From the NCBI GenBank assembly GCA_002633005.1, contig NMRA01000157.1:677192-741191 (forward strand): 64,000 nt of DNA. Reading direction: 5' to 3'. Position numbers and translations under genes: made by a program. The DNA is from Phoronis australis. Taxonomy: Eukaryota; Animalia; Phoronida. The notes beneath the pieces are model-generated. The model was not told the origin of the DNA. It worked only from the letters and a program-made list of their open reading frames with translations, and did not search any database. This document shows, one piece after another, positions 48,701 through 61,700 of this stretch (within the stretch, counting starts at the first letter, position 1; the number at the start of each line of letters is the position of its first letter).

Positions 48701-50887
48701 ATTTCCAAATCTGAAAACTGATTTGAATAAGACTGCTTACCATTTTGAGAGTAGTCTCTGATTAGTTGTTTTCAAGACCGGTTAATGAACAGTTCTTTAC
48801 AGTGATCAATTTTTCTTAACTGTTAAATTTACCCAAAACTTCGTTGTCTGATAGTACGTTTTATTGTGAAACTCCTGTTTGTCTAACACTGTAGAAGCAG
48901 TGATGTTGTGCCAAATCCTAATACTTCATGTGAACATTGCAAAAAACATTTTAGCCGACCATTTTCTAACTACTGAAACAAATACGATTATTGTTGTTGC
49001 TTATAAATGAATGCTAACTAAGAATGTGTGCAACAAAAGATACTTAATTTTATTCCACACAAAAGAAAACTTCTGTTTTGCATGATGAAGGAGCTGACTC
49101 GTAAGGTGCTTGGATGAGTTTTATTTTATATGCGAGTGTTTGAAATTTCTTATAGAACAATCAAATTGCTCGGAATGGTATTTTATAAATTTTCAGTTGA
49201 ACATTGAAAATGTGGTTATTTTATTCCTTGACCAGTTCACGTCTGCTTATGTTACTTACCAAGATATTCGAGGGATAAAGTCCTTTGAGGAACAGACTGT
49301 GATAGCCATCAAGGCCCCACCTGAGACCAGGTTAGAGGTACCGGATCCCAAAGAAGTAAGTAGGATTGTGCTTGGTATTAAGAATAAGGTGAAAACATTC
49401 ACATATAGGGAGGTTATGATGAATTCCCAGGTGACTTGTCGAGATGTATTTATGTGAAATACATTTTTGGGGATAATGATACAGTGAAGTAATGCTGTTA
49501 CCACATCACTGTTGATGCATTTTTTTCTTCAACAGTTGTAGATTTTTTGCACTATGTTGCTGAAGAATGGTGTGTGTTCACATTCAGCATTCTGTCTGAC
49601 TATTTCATTATGTTTCTGCTACGTGTCTTGCAGAGTATACAGATATGGTTAAAAAGTGCTAATGGTCCCATTGAAGTGTTTCTCTGTCCTGAAGACAGTG
49701 CCAGCTCAAGTAGTGGTAGTGATGATGTGTCCAGTGGTTCAGACGACTCCAGGGACAGTTTCAAAGGTACAACAGCTTCATTCTGCCAGTTGTAGAAGAA
49801 ATGATTCTAGGTGTAGCCTGTGACCTCTTGTGAGGTTATAATAGGCTAGGCACTGCAGTTGTTAATGAGCATTGCTAGTTATCTGGAGTGAGTTCAGCTA
49901 GGTTAGTATCTTTCGAGTTTGGTGAAGTCCCTTAAATCTCCACGAAATATCACCATTTATTTCAAGAGGAATATTTGGTTTCATTAGCTTTCCTTTGAAT
50001 GATCGAAAATTCCCCTTATGGTTATGGCTTGCAGCTTGGTTGTGTTCTGAATATGGAGTGATTTATTGCAAGTGCAGGAGAGTACTTCTTTGCTTGACAC
50101 TTCAAGGAACATTATCTGTAATGTCACCAGATGTTCACGAGCCGACAATAATTCCATAACGCATTTGAAAAATGACAGCAGCAAATCAATTTTTGATCTT
50201 AAGCTCATGTTGCAGCATCTGTGATCCATACTGTTCAGAATATTGACCAATGTTCATATTTTTTCTAAAACTGAGATTAGGTTCAAAACTGCACAATTGA
50301 TTCTGGTCTCGTTTTTATTTTTGAAAAAAATCATGTCGGTGGTGCGTTGTTTTTAGCAATTCACTTTTCCAAAATCAAAATGCAACTGTAACGGGATTTT
50401 TTTACTTGTCACTTGGCAAATCATGGCATTTCAAGTCTTGCTTAACGTTATGTAACTTTTCAAAAAAAGAACACGAGACCTTAGATGAAATAAATGCAGT
50501 GGGCAAGTGTAAGTCTCAAAATTAGTCTGGGTAGAGACTAGAACCAACTGGGTGTTGTTCCTTATCTCATGGCAAGAGTTAGAGCCAAGATGACAAAATA
50601 TTTTAGACTACCTCAGTACGGTGACATCACACCTTCCAACCTAATGTAGACTTTTTTCTCTTTTCATAGGAGACCCGACTCTAAAGCGTGCCCTTCTGGA
50701 AGAACAAGATATCAATCCAGAAAACCCTGGCAACATCCTTATGCATACAGAGGACCAAGAGTTCAGTGGCTTGCCCAGCCTTGTACAGCTGGAGCCTCCC
50801 CTTAGTGATGAGGACTATATGTTTAGTTTAGAACAATCTGAAGGCATTTCAGATTTATTTGACGACTTGGATTCACTAATTAATTAA
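42783..50887 (+). CDS. E2F3: Activator-class E2F transcription factor (E2F1/2/3-like), ~391 aa, 9 coding exons
   Basis: Exons 42783-42986, 44705-44810 (completes [11 protein letters not shown] cyclin-A-binding motif), 45875-45966 ([14 protein letters not shown]), 46939-47063 ([15 protein letters not shown]), 47827-47909, 48531-48630, 49241-49355 (AYVTYQDIR...[13 protein letters not shown]), 49634-49766 ([10 protein letters not shown]), 50670-50887 (RB-binding [17 protein letters not shown]). Total 1176 nt. The symbol is the nearest vertebrate name; it is probably co-orthologous to E2F1/2/3. Confidence 0.95.
43317..43613. repeat. 297-bp interspersed repeat, copy 1 (E2F intron 1)
   Basis: Highly similar to the reverse complement of 61006-61302. 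Confidence 0.9.
46250..46373. repeat. 40-bp minisatellite x3
   Basis: GTTGAGAACACAGTCCAGTGCAGAGTTTGACAGACAGAAT at 46250, 46290 and 46330. Confidence 0.92.
48631..49240 (+). other. U12-type (minor spliceosome) AT-AC intron of E2F
   Basis: 5' site ATATCCTTTT at 48631, branch site TTCCTTGAC at 49224-49232, terminal AC at 49239-49240. Removal restores the frame ESAK|SAYVTYQD. Confidence 0.95.
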
Positions 50888-51579
50888 TGCTTTATTAATT
50901 AATGTGTTTCTGGCAAGGCGTGTCCATCGGCTTCACTGTTTGAGATTGTACGTGCTCTCTGCTGGTGTAATTTATTTTGAAGATAGATGTATTTTAGTAA
51001 CTCAACAGATTTTTGTTCAGTATTCATTTGTCAGAAAAAATAAGACTGGAATAAGACTGTCCTTAATTTCAACCAGTTTAAAACACGGAAAAGGTTTCAT
51101 CAATGGAGAGACATCGCCACAATGGGAACATTTTGTGAATTACAGTCGTCCATGCATTTGCATTTTGTTTTTATTGGCAATTCATTAAACGCGAGTTCTG
51201 TGCCTTCGAACTGTTGCGGCCTGTTGGTGAACACCCAGAAATTCAATTTTTTTTTGAAAATTCCATATTCAATTCTGGTTATTTTGAAGACAGTTGATTA
51301 TGTGTTGAAAGTATTTAGTTTCAAAGAAACAGAAAGTGAATCTTCACTACTTGTTTAGACAAGTTTAGCTCTGTCTGCATATAATTCAGAGGCGGTATGT
51401 TTGACTCATTCTGTCCTAAACTTGGTTGCGGATTTTTGGGTCTCTGAAAGCATGTGCAATCTCACTCAAACATTGAAAAACTTGTAAATCAGTTTGTGAT
51501 TGACTTCGGTATATATGTGTATAGGCATTGTTGGACTGGGTTTAACTATACCGTAACATGCTTATGTAAATGTACTTAA

Positions 51580-51904
51580 AGGAACATTGTCGGTTTTACT
51601 GAGGAAAAATTCACGTAAGATTATTGTTGGATGAGATAGACTACTTGAAATTATTAACTTTGAACAAAAGTATAAAGTAACAGTCTGTTATGTTTATGTG
51701 ATGTTTTTACAAGTCGCCAATTTTCGCCATTGTGTGCAAGACATTTGCTGAATTCAAGGCTAGTGACTTTGTCAGTCAAGTGGGCTTTAATGCTTTGCCA
51801 TTTATCAATTGGGATTTAGCTCCGACAGGAGAGCGACCACGGGAATTTCCCGTTTCAATTCCGTACTTAGGGGAAAAATCATTTTTCTCGCCGATAATGT
51901 TCCT
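51580..51904. mobile_element. Kolobok-like MITE in the E2F 3' region
   Basis: TTAA|AGGAACATTGTCGG ... CCGATAATGTTCCT|TTAA: 13/14 TIR match and a TTAA TSD. Confidence 0.8.
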
Positions 51905-51976
51905 TTAACATTTTTGTTAATTTAAGTTGTAAATTTTATTTTTGGTTTTATTTTGTTAGGAGTTTGTTTTGTTAGA

Positions 51977-51982
51977 AATAAA
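51977..51982 (+). terminator. Candidate E2F polyadenylation signal (alternative at 53081)
   Basis: AATAAA after a T-rich 3'UTR-like stretch, about 1.1 kb past the stop. Confidence 0.4.
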
Positions 51983-52552
51983 AGTTAATCTTGAGAACAA
52001 ATGCGTTAAATTAAATATTGAATTCACATATGTGGAAATTCCACGATTTTTATTAAAATTCAGTCGTTGAGTACGGTAGCAAATATTACCGCGGGCAAGC
52101 TATTTGTTAACTTAAATAATCCTACACTTTGTTCTTGGACAAAACTTTCTATCGTTATAGCTGCTTGCACTTCTCCAACTGTTTAGTACTATATGCAGTC
52201 ATGTAGTTTTATTCGTTTTAAGTTATTATTTAATAGTTTATATTGTTTTGAATGTTTTCCGTTTGCTTTTACAGTTGCTGAAAAGTTTGCACTTTCAGTT
52301 GTATTTGTGATTATCTTGAGTTGAGGTCATTGATTGGCAAGGCATTTTATTTTATCTACTCATCATCGAGTCAATTCTTATATTACTAAAATAACATTGT
52401 TAACCATGTTTGGAGGAAGCGTTTCAGTAACTTGTAAATTTATGTATGTTTCACTTACTCAACATAGTTAATATTTGAGTTAACCAGGATGATTCATTTA
52501 ACTAAGAAACTGCATAAACTGCATTGGTTGCAGAGGGATAGCAGTTGAAATT

Positions 52553-52798
52553 CAGGGCTTGGAATTTTCCTCTTTTAAGAGAATTTCCTCTTTTCTGGTT
52601 TCGATTTCCTCTTATTTGATTTCCAGTTTCCTCTTTTCGTCTTGTTTTGATTATTTTGACTTCATTCGTGCAAAAACATTTATTTCAGTTAAATTTTGCA
52701 ACATAAAAAATCTCTTTATCACACAAGCCTAGTTATTTGTGGAACGTTATACTGCTTAGAAAATTTTCCTTTTTTGCCATTGGTCATTTCAAGCCCTG
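52553..52798. mobile_element. hAT-like MITE with 6-bp TSD
   Basis: GAAATT|CAGGGCTTGGAAT ... ATTTCAAGCCCTG|GAAATT, with internal TTTCCTCTT repeats. Confidence 0.75.
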
Positions 52799-53912
52799 GA
52801 AATTGTTGTTGTGTTGATGTTATCATGCTAGAAGATGGTAAAAGCTGAGAAGTGATGCACATAACTATATGTTGTAATAACACCTTGTACTGTCTCATAG
52901 AATAATACACTTATCAGCTTTTACTTGTTGAAGAATAGTTTGGTGTTGTAATGTATAAAAAAGAACTGCAAGTTTTTAATGAAGACGTTTTTGGGAGAAC
53001 TTTTATATTGCAAAGTGCCCTAAGTTTTACAAGAGATCATTTTGGATATTGTTATTGGAGTGATGGTGGTGATGAAGTACAATAAAGTAAAGTATTGATA
53101 AAATTGTCTGTATTTCATGCAAGAATATGCAAATATAGGGACTCTTTGAAAAGTACGCAGCAAATAATTGATTCGATGTCAGTTGCACATCTACCATTTT
53201 TGTGCTGCAATGGTCAGTGCCAACGTGGAATAATGTATCACTTTATGGTAAACATGCACCAGACATCAACATTTCAACAGGTAAATTTTGCACCTGTGCT
53301 TGAAGTATGAAAGCAACATCTTTACAGAAATGTAGGGGTAACTTGACTGAGTGACTATCGTCTCATTTTTCTTTAAGGGATGTATGAAATCATTAGAGTT
53401 TAGTGTACAGCCCTTGGTCATGTGGCAAGAAAGTTGCCTGAGCCTTCTGAGGTGAATTATCACCACCCCTCATCAGCAATGCATGAGTAGTCAAAAAGTT
53501 GTTATACAAAAGTGATTCTAATTGAGAATTGGAAAGGAATTGTTGACCCTGATGAGGAAATTTTGCATGTCTGATTTTTAAATATTTTTCATAGGGGAAT
53601 GGGGGAATATTTCACCCAAAATTGAGGCATCAAGGGCAGTGAAGAGTTATTTACTAATTTGCTGTTGAATAGTTTGGAATTGAAACTACACATTTCAGGA
53701 GTCTCCTGATGGAACGAAAGTAATTCAAACAAAAGTCGGGGACATAACTCCCATGCTCTTGCAAACTGGCACTAGAATGTTTTGATTTTGAAAAACTGAC
53801 CATGTTCCATGGCTGTGTTAAAAACTACTTAAGTAGATATTAAAATATCTGCTGTTTTGCTAATGAAGGTATTCTGGAGAATAGGTTCGTCATTGGTCTC
53901 TAGAGGTATTGT

Positions 53913-54035
53913 AGTATATAAGAAGGTCACTTAGAGTAGTGGTATGTTGTTTTCAGACGTTTCGACCTGGTCCGCCAGGTCTTTATCGATGAATGAAAAC
54001 AACACATCACGTCTCTAAGTAAGTGACTATATACT
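53913..54035. repeat. Imperfect palindrome around a degenerate hammerhead-like core (Penelope-like)
   Basis: The minus strand reads TCGATAA-AGACCTGG-CGGA-CCAGGTC-GAAACGTC (53989-53956), inside imperfect inverted arms. Confidence 0.55.
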
Positions 54036-54817
54036 ATAATGAAAGTATGTTGCACACAATGATTCCGAATTGGTCAACAAAAGTAAATAGAAAAAAAGTT
54101 GAATACATTAGATAAATTTGGTGTCAACTATCAATATTGAATTCTTAACTGAAGTACGTTGGGGTTTAATAAAAACACTTCCATGCCCATCCAATTTTGA
54201 GTTAAATTGTGCATGTGACACTTTCCATTCTACAATTTTAGGGTTGGGCAAGCCCAATTAAGTGTTCTCGAGTCACTAAAGGTTTTAATGTTCTTGTTAG
54301 TACTGGACATGGAATCGCATGCCAACAAATTGCTGCAACTTGAGATGTCGTCCCAGTGAACTGTAGCATCAAAAACAAGACAAAATGCAGCTTTAAATAT
54401 ACAGTCAAATACCAAGTCTTGTTTAGTTCCTTACCTAAGATTAGAAATGATTTCTAGGCTGAAGAAATAACAGGTCGTTATATCTTCAGATCATGACCAA
54501 TAACGTGTTTGCCACGGCAGAGTTCAGTTGCCAAGGCAGTATGGCTGTTGGACTTCAAGGTGACTTAGTTGTAACCAATTTCAACTCCAAAGATAGGACG
54601 TTGCTTTGTAAGAGTGAAGAAAGTTGATTTTAACACCAGAATATGGTTCATAGAGGTTTTACCACCGTGAAATTTCAAGCACTTGTGGAAATGACGTAAG
54701 CCATAAGCTAGGGAAAAAAAGACGGACAGAACAAATTTGAAGAAACTACCGCACTCTTCTTCAAGGTTTTACTGTAACACCATATCACAAGACAGAAGTA
54801 TGTTGAAGAAACCAAAT

Positions 54818-54823
54818 TTTATT
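54818..54823 (-). terminator. Probable SLC22A18-like polyadenylation signal
   Basis: TTTATT on + (AATAAA on -), about 880 nt downstream of the stop. Confidence 0.55.
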
Positions 54824-55703
54824 CAAAAATCAAAACTATGCAAATTCAAATTGTCTGTTATAAAATAAAAAAAATTCCGTTTTCATAAAAAACATTGAAA
54901 AAGTAATAACATCTTGGAATGTATGGTTAACAAACACCAACACAAGAACAAGAGCATATTACGAATAACAAGGGCATCAAAAACCCGATTCAACGTTTTT
55001 TCAAAAATTATCCTGTTTACTAATGACCCTAAACTCCAGAATGAAATGTACTACGTGATTGTATATTTGCAGGATAGAAGTAAACGATATAAAATTGACA
55101 CAAGTGCTATTAAAGGCAGAAAAAAGCTTTCCAATTTCTGTAATATTACATTTGCGAATCAACAAATTATTAACTTGAAGTGAGCAAATAAAGAGGACAG
55201 TTTCTTTAATTCATCCACGTGATATTGCTGGCAACACTGAACAGACATCAGTCAGATCTTAAACCAAATCTAAGTTACAATCACATCGGCATGCTGTGTT
55301 TTTAGATAAAGATAACTGACTTGTATATCAACCCTGGTGCTACTGGTTTAAATAGACAAAGCATAACATACTTGTAACTAACGCCGGAGTTTAAACAACA
55401 AAGTTTTAGTCATAGTAACGGTTACTAAATCTGACAACAAATTAATGTGTTTTCAGTAAATTAAAAACAGTGAACAGGTCCCACAGCAGACTTCCATTTC
55501 CCAACTCTAAAAAAAATTAACACTAAAATTGCACTTCAACGACTAAACTCTAATTACATAACTTTCATGTCACTCTTTTTGATGTTGTAACTCGACTAAA
55601 TGTACAACATGTCTTTGGTGACAACACATAAAATGAAATTTGTCAAGTCAAATTCATACAGAGTTTGGAGATGGAATGTTGGCCCAGGTGTAAAATATTA
55701 ACA

Positions 55704-58700
55704 TTACTTATTGCCTCTGTACTTTAGAAAAAACACGGTTGATATAAATGCACTATTTAGAAAGCCCAAGTAGCCAATGGATGGAAATCCCCAGAAAGAA
55801 AGCATTGCACCACCTATAGTTGGTGACACGACACGAATGGACGAGTTGAGCGCCATGTTCAAACCAAGTATAATGCCTGCAATAAAACATAACCCGTGAA
55901 TTGACTAATTGATAATTCATGTCTTTCTTATGCAATGTAACGTAAGCAGGCTCTTAGTCTGTCAATTTATAGATTATAACTGTACAATAACTTTATCATT
56001 ATCCAATTATGTGAAGCAAACTTGGAGACCTAACCTTTGTTATTCACCCTCAATATCCAAATGGTTACCATTCACTGCTCCAGATGCATGCAATTTTGGT
56101 GAAATTGTCTTGAGAGTATTTGTTTTGTTTTGCGAACTGATTAGCCATTTCCCATGTCACGCAATGTGTAATGCGGTACGAATTGTGTCTAAGGAGCATC
56201 TTGCTGCTCTTTCACAGTCTTAAATTCATTTTTACCATCACTAATATGTGGTAAGTTTTTATTGAAGTATATTAAAAGTCAAAATATAAGGCTTTCTACA
56301 TTTTGGAAGAAGCAGTGTTGAGAATTTTGTTTCCAAATAGAAGAACCCAAGTAGTGATATTAATGTTCTTTCTATTTCAGAATTCTTTCCCATGACAAGA
56401 GGTGCCATAGCAAGAGATACTGAGCAAAACATTCAATCTTAGTTTCATAATTTGTGCTGCCTGCTAGTCTTTTTATGACAATAATACATTTATTGGCTTC
56501 CGATAAACCTCTTTGTTTCAACCTGCAATTAATGGCTCTTAGAAATTAATACTCTTTAAAATAATGCACAAAACATGAGTTTATTTATTAATTATATAAC
56601 ACACGTAAAAGCAACATACATTCTGTTCACTTTTATGTGCAAACCTGTCCAAAAACAACAACTATCAGGAACCAGGTTTGTGACTGTGTCTCAAAATTAC
56701 AGGACACATTCAATTCAAAAACAGATTTGTTAAAGACTGCTTGCAAGGTACGGGAGTTTTTACTCACCAAGAGTTTAAAAATTATAATCTTCAAATGGCC
56801 GCATTTGACACATGAACACACCGTGCATCTACTTGGACTGGCAGCCATTACAATATCCAACAAAATAGCATGTATGATAGAAATCTCTGTGAAAGTTATT
56901 CTTATGTTTAGACGTTGTTTATTGTTTTCTCACATAGACTTTGTTTTAAATATACAAAGAAAAGGTAATCAAATGAAATCAAACCAGATGAGCTGGGGGG
57001 GGGGGGGNCATGAAATGAGGCAGTTTGAGAAATGTTGTTTTAAAGGTTTCGATAGGTTGACAGTTAGATAGAATGAGAAGTTACACCATTGCTACATCTA
57101 AATGTGCCAAAGACCAAGCTGAAATAACTTTTGAATGAAAAAATTAACAGGCATGTGAACCTAAGGAAACATTAAATATCACTTCCAAACCATTTCAGGG
57201 GACTTGTCCTCAAAGAGTCTATCATCTTTTGAGTTTAGTTAAAAATCAGTCCAAGGATGGCTTAGCCTGTTTCATGACATCAAACTAAGGATAAAAATCA
57301 GACAATCTACAGATAGGCACCCGGTCGAAAAATGTAATTTTCAAACACCATGTGAGTAAAAAAGTCCACACCTTAGCTATGGTGTCATCTCTCTTTTGAG
57401 TTATTCTTATTTAAAATGTGACAGTAATTTTGAGACACCTGAACTAATTGCATTTAATCTCCTTACCAGTGTCTGACATTGGAACCAGCTTGGTGAGGGA
57501 ACTGCTGACTACTACTGTGATCATGGTAAGGCCGATGACCATAGGGAACATGCAGGCTATTAACTGCCACAAGGATTGCGTCTGTGACTGATCAACAAAA
57601 ACAAAATGAAAGAATGCATTAGAAGCACAATTTAATCTTTCAATACAAGTCAAAGTGTATTACACCTGAAGTAAAAATGAGACAATTGTTTTAGTGTAAA
57701 CTAACTGAAGATTTGTGAGTAAAATGTGAGGGCCATTCCATTTTATTGGAAACTGGCAAGTTCACTGTGTTCATCAACATTTGATTGGTTCGGGGGTCAT
57801 CCGGTAGATGCCCCTGGGAAAAAACGTCTGGTTAACCAGGCAAACTTTTGCTGGAGTTCATTCAATGGGAAACTTTCAAGAAGCAATAGGGGCCGATTAC
57901 TAGTGACCCACGACTCCTATTAATCAGGAGGTACTACTTCTTCTTTACAGGTGGAGGGAAACGGGGACATGTTTAACTTTGCAAAAAGCCCCTCTACAGT
58001 GTATGTGATTATACATGACAATGTGATGAGTTTCTAACAAAAGTTAAACTACATCCTCGTCCTGTAGAAAGTCTCCCGTTTTGTTAAACAACAGTACATA
58101 CAGAGCAAAACGTGTGTAAGTTTGACATGCCTAACAGCTAACTTACCAAGGCTAAATAAGCCCACATCAGTATAAATGAGGCCCACTTAAGCAGGGAGTT
58201 CTCTGTAAACCTCTTGGTCAAGATTGGTATACCGAACGCTTGTACACACTAAAATACAGCAAACAACAGGTACCAGTCAACTATGACTGTCAGGTTTCAT
58301 TGACGCTACAAATAGATCATCGACATAACATAAACAAATGCCACATTTAACAATCCCTAACTTCCTACTTGTAATATTCCTAAAACAAAATCTCAAAATT
58401 CCATAGGCCAATAAACTAATTCAACCACAGCTATGATCAAGTTTTGTTACTATTTAATGGTTTCAGGCACAATGACAGGAACCATAACCAGTTGGACTGT
58501 TCTTTAAGGGTTGCCTAAACAGTATGTCATAGCTGATTATATAGGCTCTCGATGGGGAGGAATGTTGGCCTCAATCCTCTCTTGAAAAATATTGTAAAAT
58601 CGTGGAATTCAGGTCCAAAATTCCTCTCTAATGATTAAAAAAATCCCCTCAAGGATAGACTCATTTTTAACTCATGAAAAAAATCTCCTTTCTAAATGCA

Positions 58701-61700
58701 CAGGCATGTCTCCTCTCAGGTGAGAGACAGCCCTGACTATAAACATCTCAAACAATCTCAGATAACATTTTAGCTGAACATGCATTCATTACCATGCATC
58801 TTCTCCAAGGTTGCAGGACCTACCATTGATATGACTGCAACATATGACATCATCATCCCATTCTGCTCCGGAGGAAGTTTGAAAGTCTCCATGGCGACAA
58901 CAACAAACATGCTTTGAAATATTCCAATGGGAATACCTACAATACATCACGTTGAGCTAATGCGATAACAATTGCACCAGTAACAGCACCTCTTAAGCTA
59001 AGTACTTTCCAATGAGCATTAAAAACATGCATTGAAATATACTAATGATTTTGATCCAGTAGCCAATTTCACACCTGCCTGCTCACTATTGTTTCTTCCT
59101 CATTAAGATCGGGATGTATCACAATGAAGAAGTCATTCTGCTGGGTGTTTGGAAAGTTAAAGCTCATCAAGACAAGAGCTTGCTCAGTATGACGTCATGT
59201 TCGCGTTTTGGTCTCAGTCAAATAAAATTGAAATTCCAAAAATAAGGAAAATAACAATATCATCAGATCTGACACAGCGCTTCAAATTCCTAAGTACTGG
59301 GATATGAACCCAGTAAATCTTAAACTTTCTCAACACCCAAGGAGCATAATGGGTGTAACTGCTGTCAACGCACATCGATCAATCTGAACACATAATTTTG
59401 TGAAAGTTTCAATTGCTAAAATGCCCGTGGTAAAATGAATGGGAAAAATATCCAAAACCTGCAAAATTTTTGACAATGTGATGTGACTGCATTTCTAGTC
59501 CTATTTATAGCCCCAAATCATGCTACACTAGTGCCACACAGGTCACTGCTGAATAGGTCACTAAAGCACTATAAGCAAACTACACAAACGTGAGTTCTTT
59601 CTTAACAAGTTGTAATTTTCAAACTAACTATGATCCCTGTGTTAACATGAGAATTAATAATAAATAATAGAGTCCACAAGCACATAATCATCTGCCAATG
59701 ACACAAGCTTCCACTGAGTATAGAAACAAGACTATTCAGGGTTGACATGCTTCAATGATCACCCCTCTTGGAATCTATAAATAAGGTTCCACACAGTTAC
59801 ACATAGTAACTACATGCTTGCTTGTGGTGCCAAACATATATCACAAAATAAATTCAAAAATGTTTGCCACCAATGAGTTGCTTCAATTACAACTCAACAT
59901 CAGGAAAAACTTTGAAGAGAATAACAGATGTGAACTTTATAACACATGTAAACTTTATAACACATGTAAACTTTATAACACATGTGAACTTTATAACACA
60001 TGTGAACTTTATAACACATGTAAACTTTATAACACATGTAAAATTTATAACACATGTGAACTTTATAACACATGTAAACTTTATAACACATGTGAACTTT
60101 ATAACACATGTAAACTTTATAACACATGTAAAATTTATAACACAAAAGTTCAAGTTCAAAAGAACCAGTGGTTCCACTGCGTGACAAAAACATTTTTTCA
60201 TTCTAAAATAATGACCAAAAACCAATGTTGTTGACATTATTACCTTATTACATAAAAACATAGCAAGTGCCAAGGATAGCAATTTAAACATCTATAGTTT
60301 CACCAATACACATACCATTCTGGTAATAATGAGACGGTAATGCGACTCACCTGACACTAGTCTAAAGAAAAGCAAGAAGAGTACACCAGGCACCTTGGTC
60401 AGGCTAAGATACTTCTGTAAGTTCAACATTTGGGAACTACTCGCCTCTGAAATTATAACAAATATTTCATGACACACAAAAAATTAAAATCTCTACGTTT
60501 CCATGAGACCTCTTATGTACATGAGCGTACTCCATATGAGCTTATGAATGACATGCACCTAAGTTATCAATAGTGACTATCCCTTGAATATGAAAATTTT
60601 CTAAATTAGGTGTTATTTGTGCTTTGAATTTTGTCAATTCAATTCTTAACTTTTTAATTGAGTTATAAATTGAGTGCACCTTTTAAAATACCTTTCTTTT
60701 TGTAAGTCAAGTTTCATTAAATAAAGCTGTGCATATACGTGAAACTGTGCCTATATCCAAAATTAGGTGTATGTTCTTTGAATAAAACCAAGAAACAAAT
60801 TTTTGAACTACATGTGAAACTGCATCTGTAAGTGAAGCGAGCCCTGTATGTGAACTGCCTCTATATGTGAAGCTCCCTATATATGTGAAGCTGCTCCTAT
60901 ATGCAAAGTTATCTCAATATGTGAAGCTGGTCGCACATGTGAACCTGCATCTATATGTAAAGCTTCTTCCACATGTAAAGCTACATCTACATGTGAAGCT
61001 GCTACAAGCTTCAAGTTATACTACCCCACAAAGTGCAAGTAAAATGTGACAAATAGTGCCTGCATTAGTTAGGATGTAGCATAATCATTTTATCAATACA
61101 GAGTTCATCAAAATTCTTTTTCTTCAAATACAGTCCACTGAAGAAGTAAACAACTTACAGTAACCAGGTAACAACTACCTGGATAATTCAACAAAACTGA
61201 CCAATCGTGAACACCTGTTGTAAACAGTAAATACTGAAGCTACAAGCTGACACACATCAATACCCTATTAAAAATAAAATTGTGGTGGGTGGGGCTTGCT
61301 GAGTTGATGTATTGATAAAAAATTTATCTTGGGGATTCCAAACAGGCACATTCAAACACTGTTAGTCATACTGAACAAAAGATAGGAGCAAAACATGCCA
61401 AAATAGCAGTAAAAACAAGCTTTTTTAAAAAGTCACACCACCACCTGCTGTTAGAATATAAAACTTTTAAATACAAATATTGGGAACATTTTGATATAAC
61501 CAGTTATGAACCTAGATTTCAAACTACTTCAAATGAAAGACTATAGAAAGGTCAGTGATATATTGTTAAAAAAGTATGTTATAGAAGGAATTGTGGAGCA
61601 AATAGTGGGAAAAAGTAAGACAAACTGACCTCAATTCTGAATTAGTATTCAGTTGATAATGTAACAAACCAGTATCACAATATACCCATCAAAACAGTGT

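Noticed and set aside
59818-60291. Four overlapping repetitive ORFs (CELYNT, FITHVN, etc.) and a superficial CRISPR-like look
   Set aside because: Artefact of an 18-bp minisatellite with no stops in those frames. It is intronic and has no spacers.
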